64,000 nucleotides of DNA, from IMG/VR virus record IMGVR_UViG_3300021963_000021, positions 124,001 to 188,000 of that record. One strand, given 5' to 3'. Both the position numbers and the translations under genes were made by a program. Of this stretch, positions 50,026 through 59,378 are shown one piece after another. How positions within the stretch are numbered: position 1 is the first letter of the stretch; each line of letters opens with the position of its first letter. The notes under the pieces are model-generated. The model had not been told where the DNA came from. It saw nothing but the letters and a program-made list of their open reading frames with translations, and made no database searches.

Positions 50026-50373
50026 TTATCCTTGGGTTTTGTAATTTTTCCATTGTTCAAGAAGCTGACTTTCAACTTCCTGCTTTGCTGATTCGTCGAG
50101 ATCTAGATCACCTTCGTCGGCATTATCTTGATCTGCGGGTTCAAATTTCTTTTGATATTCTAAATGATGAGAAACAGTGTCTAGATAATCAGAAGCTAGA
50201 GTTATTTTCTTTGAAACCCAACCTTCTAAATTATCGCCTGGCTGAATCATATGAAACAGCTTGATAGCATATTCTGCTGCTTTGTAAAGCTCAGCTTTAG
50301 CCATAGAAGCTTCGTGATCGTGATGATCTGCTTCATACGGAATAGTCTGGTTTTCTTTGAATACCTTTTTCAT
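50026..50373 (-). CDS. Hypothetical protein, probable head-associated
   Basis: 115 aa; TAAATA (50384-50379) 5 nt before the ATG. Confidence 0.6.
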   Translation of the reverse strand: MKKVFKENQTIPYEADHHDHEASMAKAELYKAAEYAIKLFHMIQPGDNLEGWVSKKITLASDYLDTVSHHLEYQKKFEPADQDNADEGDLDLDESAKQEVESQLLEQWKNYKTQG

Positions 50374-50381
50374 AGTTGTAT

Positions 50382-50642
50382 TTATCTTTTGATAGCAGAG
50401 CCGCTGCCAAACAAACTAGTGCCTTGATCTAGGGCATTTTTAGCTGTGCCGTCTGCATTTTTACGTTGTGAAACTTTTGGCTGTGGTGGCGCTTTTGTAC
50501 CGGATTTTCCAGGACTTCCTGTGTAGCTTTTCTTACCACGTGCTGGACCTGGGCTAATATGAGGGTTAGGAACGCTAGCAATATTACCAGCGGATGTTGC
50601 TCCGGCAGTTGCTGTTTCCCTTAATATGTCTGATATTTTCAT
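50382..50642 (-). CDS. Small basic putative internal head protein
   Basis: MKISDILRE N-terminus; G/P/K-rich. Confidence 0.55.
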   Translation of the reverse strand: MKISDILRETATAGATSAGNIASVPNPHISPGPARGKKSYTGSPGKSGTKAPPQPKVSQRKNADGTAKNALDQGTSLFGSGSAIKR

Positions 50643-50824
50643 TTTATTTCTCTAATATTATTTACTAATGCGTCTTTACCGTACTGGGCTCTAAGTAGCC
50701 TTCTAGCCATTTCTTTATTTTTAGCAGTTACTGTAGTGTCGATCATTTGGCTATAGCCAGGCTGTTTTACTTTAACACGAGCACTCCAAAATTTAAAAGG
50801 AAATGTAACTTCTTCGGCTCTCAT
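50639..50824 (-). CDS. Hypothetical protein
   Basis: 61 aa, ATGA-coupled on both sides. Confidence 0.55.
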   Translation of the reverse strand: MRAEEVTFPFKFWSARVKVKQPGYSQMIDTTVTAKNKEMARRLLRAQYGKDALVNNIREIK

Positions 50825-52665
50825 TTCTTTTTACCCTGTCTCATATTTATTTGCCAATGTGCCAATTGTTTTTTACGAGGGCTAGCTGAATCGCTGCTGC
50901 GAATCTTTTTTAACTGAGCAATAGTCATGCCCTTTCTAATACCGTGACGTTTACTATCGCCTTTGTCTTGCGGGTTTTTACCATCAGCAAAATTTTCGTC
51001 TACATTATATGTTGGATCAGTCTTCTGCCGTTTCATTTTTTTAGGCTGCTTAGGATCTTTAGGGTCGATGTCTGTTGTAGTAAGTCCTGATTTTTCTAGA
51101 CCTTTGATATATTTGTGTTCTTCTTCTTCGCTGCCAAAGGAAAAAATTGTACTAGGAGGTCCCTTACCGAAGTCGTGTTTACCTAGACCTTTCATATTGC
51201 TTATGTGCTGTCCTAGTTTATACCAATCGTATACATCACTTACATCGACCCTAACTGTACCGGCTGGCATAGTAGGTTTAACTTCCGGGCCGCGCGGCTG
51301 TTCGTTTGGATGTTGGTCTTCATCTTGCTTGTTTATATCAAAGTCTGGCTCATCATCTTGGCCAAATATTTTTTCTAAGAATTCACCTACATACCAAAAC
51401 CAGTTTTTAAAATGCCCAGGATTAGTATCGTAATCCATGTGTGCTGAGTGCGATGCGGCATTATAAAGATTTTTTAGTTGAGGTTTAACACTGAACTCAC
51501 TCGCTACTCTAGTTAACTCTTTGCTAATCCTATTAGCACCTTCTTCGTCTTCATGTTGTTCTACACCGAAGCTGGCTTCTCTATAAGCACCTAATAACGC
51601 TCTACCAGCTTTAGGATCCATGCTTTGCCATGATGTTGATGCTTCTTGTATACTTTCGATAGCTGGTTTATCAAACAGGTTCGGGTATTTCTTATTGAAG
51701 TGTCTCATGATCACACCGCCTATAGCGTGTGCTTCATTCTCGTCACTGCTGCCGGTTTCGCCGCTGTTTTTGTTTAGTTGATGATGAGTTAGCTGTTTCC
51801 AATGTACTAGTTCATGGGCCAGGGTTCTCATAATATCTAATGGATGTCTGTTTTTAACTCCTACGTAGATAACTTTTTCATCATTTTCTAATTTGCCAAA
51901 TGTAGGTTGATCGGAGTTATCTATTTTTTTCAGTAGCACTATCTTAGGTAACTTCTTTATTCCTAACTGTTTCATAGCAATAGGAAAGAACTTTCTTAAA
52001 ACACTTTTTAGATCAGTATCGATATTTTCTTTAACTTCTTCGTCTTTGTCACCGCTAGAATGAACAGCAATCATCTTACCTCTATCTAAGCTCTGTAACT
52101 TTTGCGGTTCATGTTTTTCATCGCCTTGACCTACACGCCTGGCACGTTTAAAGCCGTCTAGAATTTTTTGTAGGCTGTCTTCGTCTGCTTGGTACTTGAT
52201 ACCAATACCGCCCGCAGCTTCCCAAGCAGTAATGTTGCTGCCTCTATCATCAATTAGTACGTTAGGCATGCCGTTGGCATTTTTAGCATACTTGGCTTTG
52301 TTAGAAACAATATAGATATTCTTTGGAGGTATGTTTAAATGTTTGTTGATCCAGACTTTTTTGTAGTGTGCGGATCCTTCATGATCACCACGCAACGGAC
52401 TAGAGCAGATGTTGTAACTGTCTGCGGCCTGTACTACCATTTGTAATAGTTTATCTGCTGTGGGGAACTTAGGCAATCGAGCAAAGAAATCTGTACCTAC
52501 CATTTTATTTAAAGTAGGGTCTGTTTTTGCTGGAGGAATATCTCTGTAGTTGCCGCTTTCAATACCGGCAAGTTTTGCGTACTCAGTAAAAAAGTCAGCG
52601 AGAACACCGTCCATGTCAACATAGACTTCCATTCCTTCTGGTAATTTTAAATCGTTAGCTTTCAT
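50821..52665 (-). CDS. Multidomain protein: HAD 5'-nucleotidase-like + HExxH metallopeptidase-like + basic modules (likely start 52665)
   Basis: VYVDMDGVLADF..LIDDRGSN..W..AGG; RTLAHELVHWKQ..ENEAHA. Confidence 0.75.
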   Translation of the reverse strand: MKANDLKLPEGMEVYVDMDGVLADFFTEYAKLAGIESGNYRDIPPAKTDPTLNKMVGTDFFARLPKFPTADKLLQMVVQAADSYNICSSPLRGDHEGSAHYKKVWINKHLNIPPKNIYIVSNKAKYAKNANGMPNVLIDDRGSNITAWEAAGGIGIKYQADEDSLQKILDGFKRARRVGQGDEKHEPQKLQSLDRGKMIAVHSSGDKDEEVKENIDTDLKSVLRKFFPIAMKQLGIKKLPKIVLLKKIDNSDQPTFGKLENDEKVIYVGVKNRHPLDIMRTLAHELVHWKQLTHHQLNKNSGETGSSDENEAHAIGGVIMRHFNKKYPNLFDKPAIESIQEASTSWQSMDPKAGRALLGAYREASFGVEQHEDEEGANRISKELTRVASEFSVKPQLKNLYNAASHSAHMDYDTNPGHFKNWFWYVGEFLEKIFGQDDEPDFDINKQDEDQHPNEQPRGPEVKPTMPAGTVRVDVSDVYDWYKLGQHISNMKGLGKHDFGKGPPSTIFSFGSEEEEHKYIKGLEKSGLTTTDIDPKDPKQPKKMKRQKTDPTYNVDENFADGKNPQDKGDSKRHGIRKGMTIAQLKKIRSSDSASPRKKQLAHWQINMRQGKKK

Positions 52666-52739
52666 TAATGTTGCCCGTATGGATTTAAAGGGCGATCTTC
52701 TTCGCCTTGTTGTTCTGGATAAACAGGATATTGGTTCAT
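52665..52739 (-). CDS. 24-aa micro-protein [24 protein letters not shown]
   Basis: Start overlaps the erpA stop (ATGA); stop overlaps the next start (TAATG). Confidence 0.55.
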   Translation of the reverse strand: MNQYPVYPEQQGEEDRPLNPYGQH

Positions 52740-53062
52740 ACTGAAAAACTACTCCCACAACCACATGTAGATTGAGCGTTAGGATTTTTAATCACAAACT
52801 GACTGCCTTGTAATTCTTCTTTGTAATCTATTTCGGCTTCGTTCATATAGGTCATGCTCATTGAATCAATCAACACAACATGCTTTTCATCTAACGGTAT
52901 TTCCCAATCATCTTCATTCTTTACTTCGTCAAATGTAAAACCATATTGGAAACCAGAACAGCCGCCACCTTGAACAAAGGTGCGTAGCATTAAGTTAGGA
53001 TTGTTTTCTTCTAATAGAAGATCAAGTATTTTTGCTTTTGCTGATGCTGTTATCTCAACCAT
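52736..53062 (-). CDS. erpA: A-type Fe-S cluster carrier (ErpA/IscA/HesB)
   Basis: [31 protein letters not shown]. Confidence 0.9.
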   Translation of the reverse strand: MVEITASAKAKILDLLLEENNPNLMLRTFVQGGGCSGFQYGFTFDEVKNEDDWEIPLDEKHVVLIDSMSMTYMNEAEIDYKEELQGSQFVIKNPNAQSTCGCGSSFSV

Positions 53063-53283
53063 TTATCATCCCCAATAGGTTTTTCTCCGGTCAGGTAAGG
53101 CTTACTGAACCATAATTTAAACCATTCTGGTGTGCCTGGTTTGATATTATGTTTCTTCATTAGCTCGCCTTTTTCGTTTCCAGTTATGCTGATGTTGCTA
53201 CCTTGTTCAATGGCATATGGTGTATATCCTTTGAACTCGTTAGTAATACCTGCTAACTTTTTTAGTTCACTTATCGGATCCAT
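53050..53283 (-). CDS. Hypothetical protein
   Basis: 77 aa; [21 protein letters not shown]. Confidence 0.6.
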   Translation of the reverse strand: MDPISELKKLAGITNEFKGYTPYAIEQGSNISITGNEKGELMKKHNIKPGTPEWFKLWFSKPYLTGEKPIGDDKWLR

Positions 53284-53992
53284 CTGCTTTCTTATGGCTC
53301 TTGTAGCCTTTGTTTTTCATTGACCATGCTAGGGCAAAAGGATTGTCTATGTCTTTATGTTTCTTCATAGCTTTAACTGTGCCTTTAAAACCTGGAGGTG
53401 CTTTTTCACCTAATGCGCCTTTGATATCACCTTTAGCTAATTTCTTCAGCGGCCCGCCAATATCTTTGGCAATCTTCTGACCTATTGTCTTAGGTTCAGC
53501 AGCTTTTTTTGCTAACTTTTGCTCAGCACGATCAGCACGGTAGTTAATTTCTGCTTCACGAGATTTTGCCATGGCGTCTTTATATTCCTGACTTGTTTCA
53601 GCAATGCTTTCTGTTGCTGGCTCACCGGTAACATGAACAGTCCACTTCTTACCAGTAGCAGCAGATTTTTTATCAGCCCATGCTTTTAATTGTTGATAGT
53701 GGGCTTTTTCACGATAGTCGTCGGCATACGTTCCACGTCCTGCAAATACTTTCCATTTTTTACCGTTGATGTAGACAGCAAAGTTATTTGGCGGTTCTGT
53801 ATTGCCTTCGTCCCAATCTTCTGGATCTCTGGCCTCTGCTACTTCTTTATTCTTATGCTTAACATCGCCTTGCTTGGCAGCTTTCTTTTTATCTTTGTGT
53901 GCGCCAGCACCGCTTTTGACAGCGTTCTTAGCTACAAAGTTACGTGGCTTTGGAGGTTCTTTCTTTTCAAAAATAAGATCTTTAATTTTCAT
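53267..53992 (-). CDS. Lys-rich modular putative internal head protein
   Basis: MKIKDLIFE N-terminus; modules separated by VAE/ATE/IAE/LGE. Confidence 0.55.
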   Translation of the reverse strand: MKIKDLIFEKKEPPKPRNFVAKNAVKSGAGAHKDKKKAAKQGDVKHKNKEVAEARDPEDWDEGNTEPPNNFAVYINGKKWKVFAGRGTYADDYREKAHYQQLKAWADKKSAATGKKWTVHVTGEPATESIAETSQEYKDAMAKSREAEINYRADRAEQKLAKKAAEPKTIGQKIAKDIGGPLKKLAKGDIKGALGEKAPPGFKGTVKAMKKHKDIDNPFALAWSMKNKGYKSHKKADGSDK

Positions 53993-53993
53993 A

Positions 53994-54878
53994 TTAATAT
54001 TTTCCTATATCTATTTCACGGCCTCTGCCTATAGGACGCTTACCTTGTTTTTCTTTAAACCGGTTATACTGAGCTAATGCTCGTATTTTTGCTTCCATAG
54101 CTCCTGCCTTGTACAAGACGTACTCAATGTTTTCATAGTTTCCATATTTAAGAAATTCTAATATGGACTCGAACTGTTTATTTAAACTCGATACTAGGGC
54201 CTGCTCGTTCCAAGTCCCCATGCCACCGTCAGGTCTAATCTCTACACCTTTTTCTGGATTGTTAACTAACACAGCTTCATCGGCCATGTCTTCTTTAATT
54301 TTTAATCCCATTCTTACTGCCTTATAGAGTTCGTCTGACAAATTACCAGCGCCTGTTACTTGAGCAAACGTTTCAGGATCATTGCTTCTTGCTGCGTTAC
54401 GAGCTGCGCTGGCACTAATGCCTGTTAGCCCTTCGCCGTCTGGATCTCTGTCACCACTAGATACTAGGTTGATGCTGTCAAATTGATAAACACCGTGAGC
54501 TGATTCGACGCCGTTATATTTTTCTAACAGCTCTCTAAAACTCTCAAGTCTATCAGAACCTGCGACAACTGTTACATTTCTATAACCTTCGTTATACAAC
54601 ATAACAGAAATTTTCATTATGGTATTGATGCTAGCATCGTCTGATATGTGTGATGCGTGTTGCGGAAACATTGACTTTAGAAATTTCACTTTGGTAGCAA
54701 AATCTAAAGGATTATCTTTCTTTGGTGTTTGAGCAGGGCTAACAAATATTCTATAATTTTTATTAGTCTGTGCTAGAGTGTCAAACACTGCTCCGTGACC
54801 AATCGTAGGAGGATTCATTCTGCCAAAGCAGAAAGCAATAGAATCATCCTTGGCTTCGAACAGGTGTCTTAATCTCAT
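53994..54878 (-). CDS. Cytidylyltransferase-like (HIGH-class) nucleotidyltransferase
   Basis: FCFGRMNPPTIGH, KDNPL, VAGSDR, GISASAAR. Confidence 0.8.
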   Translation of the reverse strand: MRLRHLFEAKDDSIAFCFGRMNPPTIGHGAVFDTLAQTNKNYRIFVSPAQTPKKDNPLDFATKVKFLKSMFPQHASHISDDASINTIMKISVMLYNEGYRNVTVVAGSDRLESFRELLEKYNGVESAHGVYQFDSINLVSSGDRDPDGEGLTGISASAARNAARSNDPETFAQVTGAGNLSDELYKAVRMGLKIKEDMADEAVLVNNPEKGVEIRPDGGMGTWNEQALVSSLNKQFESILEFLKYGNYENIEYVLYKAGAMEAKIRALAQYNRFKEKQGKRPIGRGREIDIGKY

Positions 54879-55231
54879 CGATCATATGCTCCAGAGTCAA
54901 TATGATTTTTTTGTTCATCGGCAAATCGTTGAGCAACACTCTTTAATAGATCATCTGTAAAAATTTTATCTTTAATGTCATTTAGATCAAATTTCTTAAC
55001 ATAGATGTCTAGACATTTCTTTACAGGCTCCATGTAATACTTTGATGCTGGATCTTCTGAGTGTAGATCTTCTTGATGCTTTTTAATAGCAGGGAAGAAG
55101 TGTGTAGACAACAGGTCGTTGTCGTTGTCGATGAAGAATTTTAAATCGCCTGCGTAATCGACGTCTTGATCAAGGCGTTTGTCTTTGGTCTCTGATGGTA
55201 CCTCAAATAATTCATTCAATAACATTACCAA
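54875..55231 (-). CDS. Hypothetical protein
   Basis: 118 aa; MLLNELFE N-terminus (start possibly 55225). Confidence 0.6.
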   Translation of the reverse strand: MVMLLNELFEVPSETKDKRLDQDVDYAGDLKFFIDNDNDLLSTHFFPAIKKHQEDLHSEDPASKYYMEPVKKCLDIYVKKFDLNDIKDKIFTDDLLKSVAQRFADEQKNHIDSGAYDR

Positions 55232-56001
55232 CTCCTACAAGACCAATAACGTGCTTTCCAACGTGGGCCTGGATTTTTACAATTATGACGAGCTCTAAAA
55301 GACTTGCGTCTCTTAGGATTAGATTTTTTAATACGCATGTTCTTATCGCCAAAGTTTACTTTGACAATATTACCGTTAGGCTTGCGTACATATACTTTTG
55401 ATTTCTTTACATCGCCTGGAAGTTTTTTACCTAGCGGAACATTCTTTCCGTGATATTCTGCTTCTTCCATGCTACATTCTTTCAGACCGTGTACTGGGCA
55501 ACTTTCTCCCAACGGTGTGTGATTACATTCTGCTTCTTCATTTGTAGGTACACAATTAGGAACAGTTTTTCCACCCTTCTTCTTAGTACCGACTGGCTTG
55601 TAGCCTTTCCAGCAAGGATTTTCTGTTCTAAGGCTTTCTGTTAGACCGCCATCTAGAAAACGCACACCTTCTGATTCTAAATATTGAATTGCTTGATCAT
55701 CTAATTCAACAACTATACCATCTTCTGTAAAGCCAACTATTTCTGTACCGATCTCGAAATCTTCAGAAAAGCTAAATCCTATGCTGTCGCCTAGTGCTAG
55801 TCCTTTGGACTTGGCTTCTCTATCTAGGTCAGCTTTACGTTGTAAAATTGCTTGGGAAATTTCAGGGTCTTCAGCAGCAACAGGATCCGTCTGTAGATCT
55901 TGTAGTGCTTTCTTTTTTGCTTCGTAATCGCCCTTAGGGTCTTTGGGATTTAGAGCAGTTTCTTTTATAATGCTGTCTAGTTTATCCAGAATGTCACGCA
56001 T
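55225..56001 (-). CDS. Modular protein with Cys-containing basic modules (putative internal head protein)
   Basis: NPCWKGY..VPNCVP; CNHT..CPVHG..C; VNFGD..RRKSFRARHNC..ARYWSC. Confidence 0.6.
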   Translation of the reverse strand: MRDILDKLDSIIKETALNPKDPKGDYEAKKKALQDLQTDPVAAEDPEISQAILQRKADLDREAKSKGLALGDSIGFSFSEDFEIGTEIVGFTEDGIVVELDDQAIQYLESEGVRFLDGGLTESLRTENPCWKGYKPVGTKKKGGKTVPNCVPTNEEAECNHTPLGESCPVHGLKECSMEEAEYHGKNVPLGKKLPGDVKKSKVYVRKPNGNIVKVNFGDKNMRIKKSNPKRRKSFRARHNCKNPGPRWKARYWSCRSW

Positions 56002-56031
56002 AGTATGTTCCTCGAGATCATACTATATTTA
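56000..56031 (-). promoter_or_regulatory. Late promoter TAAATA overlapping a hairpin that encloses the RBS/start of 56001
   Basis: mRNA-sense: TAAAT-ATAGTATG-ATCTCGAGGAA-CATACTAT-G; 8-bp stem. Confidence 0.65.
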
Positions 56032-56045
56032 GCTAGATTTTATGC

Positions 56046-56381
56046 TTAGTGATTATAACGGATTTCGCGGATAGTACCTTCTTCTAAGGTCCCTGTAGTG
56101 CGTAACCACACGAAATTTCCGTTGATGTTTTGATAGTATGATGAATTATCAAATACTGTGCTGTCCCCGCCTAGTTCGTAGACTGTAAACCAATCGGTTT
56201 CTGTTGGATCTAGTGCTAGAGTAGCCTGTATTTTAATAGTGCCTTTAAAGGCATCCACAAGAAAAACGACAGTATGTAGACCGTCGCCTAGGTTATAGTA
56301 GCCGTCACCTTTTTGCTTTTCGCTGGTGAAATCGCCTACTGTGCTGGTTTGTGCTAATAATTGAACGCTGTTTGCTGGCAT
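56046..56381 (-). CDS. Small beta-rich probable virion protein
   Basis: 111 aa; TAAATA (56392-56387) 5 nt before the ATG. Confidence 0.55.
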   Translation of the reverse strand: MPANSVQLLAQTSTVGDFTSEKQKGDGYYNLGDGLHTVVFLVDAFKGTIKIQATLALDPTETDWFTVYELGGDSTVFDNSSYYQNINGNFVWLRTTGTLEEGTIREIRYNH

Positions 56382-56385
56382 ACTA

Positions 56386-57078
56386 CTATTTATCTACAAC
56401 TTTATAATCATAGACAGCACCTACTATGTCTCCACACCGTAGTTTTAACATCAGCAATGATTTTTCATCCTCGGCCATGATGTATCTGCGATCCCAATTC
56501 CATCCGGTTACAATAAACCATTGCGCAGTAGTATCAGTTATGTGTAAATTGCTTTGACTTTTAATCCATTTAACGGTTTCTGCTTTTTGCTGCGAGTCTT
56601 TGATCTTATGAGGTGCTAAAAACACCTTGTGTTTAAAGCGTCCTTCTGGATATTTGTTAACTATTATCACATTTCTGCTTTTTAATAGATCTTCTGTGCC
56701 TTCTGCTGGGCTAAACACCGAAGTTATATGGTCTGGATGTGTAGTCAGTAGTTTCTGTAATAGTTCTTTTTTGTCAGTATACACATCGAGCATGGCCGAT
56801 TCTAGTCTTATTTGAAAGTCTTCTTTAGGAAGACTATCTAAAAAATAAGCCATGTCTATGATAACTTCGGAGTTAAGGCGGATATCTGTGTGGAAAGACC
56901 CCTTCCACCTAAGCATTCTGTCTGGAGGATCAGTAATATATGCCTGTAATTTATCTAGTGTGCGTTCTCTTAGCACACTAACACCAGGAATACGGTAAGT
57001 GACCTTGTAGGGCCACTTACGATAAAACAATTTTTTAGTTTGTTTGTGTTTCATTGGTAAGCAGATTTGCTCCATCAT
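56386..57078 (-). CDS. Hypothetical protein
   Basis: 230-aa ORF; start may be internal (MKHKQTK). Confidence 0.6.
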   Translation of the reverse strand: MMEQICLPMKHKQTKKLFYRKWPYKVTYRIPGVSVLRERTLDKLQAYITDPPDRMLRWKGSFHTDIRLNSEVIIDMAYFLDSLPKEDFQIRLESAMLDVYTDKKELLQKLLTTHPDHITSVFSPAEGTEDLLKSRNVIIVNKYPEGRFKHKVFLAPHKIKDSQQKAETVKWIKSQSNLHITDTTAQWFIVTGWNWDRRYIMAEDEKSLLMLKLRCGDIVGAVYDYKVVDK

Positions 57079-59377
57079 TGATTCTACGTTGATGCTTTAA
57101 TGCTCGTTTTTCATACTTGCTTAATTCATCACCGAGATTTTTAATTTCAAATGAAAGTTTATCATCAATGACTGTGACAAATACACGGCCGCCTTCTTTT
57201 AGCTCACCAAACAGCATTTTACGACTTAACGGACTTTTGAGTTCGTTGTCAATTAAACGTGACAGCGGTCTTGCGCCCATCTTGCTGTTGTAACCATTCT
57301 TAGCTAACCAGTCTCTTGATTCTTCATTTAACACAATCTCAACATACTTGTCTTTGATCTGTGTGTTAAGCTCACGAATAAACTTGTCAACAATGATTCT
57401 AACGGTGTCTACAGACAGTTTGCCGAACTTGACAATGGCATCTAAACGATTGCGGAATTCAGGAGCAAAATATTTCTTAACTGCCTTAACGTCCTCGCCT
57501 TCTTTGTCTAATTCGCCAAAGCCGATTGTATTCTTTTCGTTGTCAGCGGCACCTAAGTTTGAAGTCATAATTAGAATACAGTTACGACCGTCTGCTTGTT
57601 TGCCATTTGACCCTGTTACAAATCCATTATCCATGAACTGTAATAGGATGTTTGAAACATCGGGATGAGCCTTTTCGATCTCATCTAACAACAGAATAGC
57701 GTTTGGCGTTTCTTGTAACTTGGTAATCAGTTGTCCAGCGTTATCTTCAAAGCCGACGTAGCCCGGGGGAGCACCGATTAGACGTGCTACACTGTGTTTC
57801 TCTTGATATTCACTCATATCAAAACGCAGTAACGGCATTGCCATTTTTTCCGATAGCTGTTTAGCAGTTTCTGTTTTGCCTGTACCAGTTGGCCCAACGA
57901 ATAAGAAGCAACCGATTGGTTTGTTAGGATTTTTCATTCCTGCTTGTGCTACAAAGATCTTGTCTAGTAGATTTGAAATAGCATCGTCTTGACCAAACAC
58001 TGAGTTTTTAAGATTAGATTCTAAGTCAACGAGATTCTTGCTTTCTTTTTCAGACACAGTTTCAAACGGCATCTTAGTCATTTTGCTGACTTCGAACATT
58101 ATCTGTTCAATGTCTACAAAATTAATTCCTTCGCCCTGTGTTTCATCGTCTTTGATTTTGTATCTAGCACAGGCACAGTCGATAATGTCAATGGCCTTGT
58201 CTGGCAATTTCTTATCTGGCATATACTTGACACTCATCTTAACAGCGTTCTCGACAGCAGCATCGGTAATGCGTACTTTGTGATGTTGCTCGTAATAGCG
58301 TTTAATTCCTTTGAGAATCTTAACAGCTAGCTCTGGAGTAGGCTCGTCAACAGTAACACGCTGGAATCTGCGCATTAGGGCACGATCCTTTTCAAAGTGC
58401 TTGCGATATTCTTCCCAAGTAGTTGACGCAATGACTTTCATAGTTCCTTTGGTCAACATGGGCTTGAGCATATTTGCCAAGTCGTTAGCTGAACCATTGG
58501 CAGCACCTGCTCCGTTCATCATATGTGCTTCGTCAATGAACAGCACGACCTTACCTTTGCGTTCAAGGGCAGCGATAACTGCTTTAAGTCGTTCTTCGAA
58601 ATCACCGCGGTACTTGCTGCCGGCTAGCAGTGCTGAGATGTCTAATGTGTATACAATATGATCTTGTATAAATTTAGGAACCTTTCTTTCGAAGATCTTG
58701 CGAGCAAGTCCTTCTGCGATAGCAGTCTTACCGACACCTGGTTCACCGATCAACAGTACATTGCTCTTCGATCGCCTTGCTAGAATTAATTGTATATCTT
58801 CTAGTTCTTGTTCACGGCCAATTACAGGGTCAATCTTCTTTTGTTTTGCCATTAAACTAAGGTTAGTACAATAGGCATTTAGGATTTTATCAAGTTGGTT
58901 TGGGTTCAATGTTTTAACAGCGTTTTCTGGTTCTTCGGAATTTTCAAATTTTTCTTGGTAATACTCGATAAACTTTTCTTTGACAACGCCTGCCTTAGTT
59001 AGATAGTAATAGGAAAAACTTTTCTTTTCAGATAGGATAGAAATTAAGACATCTTGTACTTCAATTTTTTGACGCCCACTAAACAACACCTGTGTAAAGC
59101 TACGATTAAGCACACGTTCTACAGATGCTGTACGTTTAGGTTTTACGCCAGGTTGTGAAGTTTTAATTTCGCTGAGATTAGTTTTTAAAAACTGTTCTAG
59201 ATTTGCTTTAATAAAATCACAGTTGGCACCGTAATCTAGAAGTTCTTTAAAAGTTTCTTCGTCACACATCACAGCAAATACTAGATGCTCGAGTGTTACG
59301 TATTCGTGCTCTAGCTTTTGCGCAATGTCAATAGCTCTTTCAAAAATGGCTTGTAATTTATCGCTTGGTTCTAGCAT
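57035..59377 (-). CDS. clpA: ClpA-type AAA+ chaperone/protease ATPase
   Basis: Clp N-domain (HEYVTLEHL); two Walker A motifs (GEPGVGKT, GPTGTGKT); RFDMSEY; IGF ClpP-docking loop; no ClpB middle domain. Confidence 0.92.
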   Translation of the reverse strand: MLEPSDKLQAIFERAIDIAQKLEHEYVTLEHLVFAVMCDEETFKELLDYGANCDFIKANLEQFLKTNLSEIKTSQPGVKPKRTASVERVLNRSFTQVLFSGRQKIEVQDVLISILSEKKSFSYYYLTKAGVVKEKFIEYYQEKFENSEEPENAVKTLNPNQLDKILNAYCTNLSLMAKQKKIDPVIGREQELEDIQLILARRSKSNVLLIGEPGVGKTAIAEGLARKIFERKVPKFIQDHIVYTLDISALLAGSKYRGDFEERLKAVIAALERKGKVVLFIDEAHMMNGAGAANGSANDLANMLKPMLTKGTMKVIASTTWEEYRKHFEKDRALMRRFQRVTVDEPTPELAVKILKGIKRYYEQHHKVRITDAAVENAVKMSVKYMPDKKLPDKAIDIIDCACARYKIKDDETQGEGINFVDIEQIMFEVSKMTKMPFETVSEKESKNLVDLESNLKNSVFGQDDAISNLLDKIFVAQAGMKNPNKPIGCFLFVGPTGTGKTETAKQLSEKMAMPLLRFDMSEYQEKHSVARLIGAPPGYVGFEDNAGQLITKLQETPNAILLLDEIEKAHPDVSNILLQFMDNGFVTGSNGKQADGRNCILIMTSNLGAADNEKNTIGFGELDKEGEDVKAVKKYFAPEFRNRLDAIVKFGKLSVDTVRIIVDKFIRELNTQIKDKYVEIVLNEESRDWLAKNGYNSKMGARPLSRLIDNELKSPLSRKMLFGELKEGGRVFVTVIDDKLSFEIKNLGDELSKYEKRALKHQRRINDGANLLTNETQTN

Positions 59378-59378
59378 A

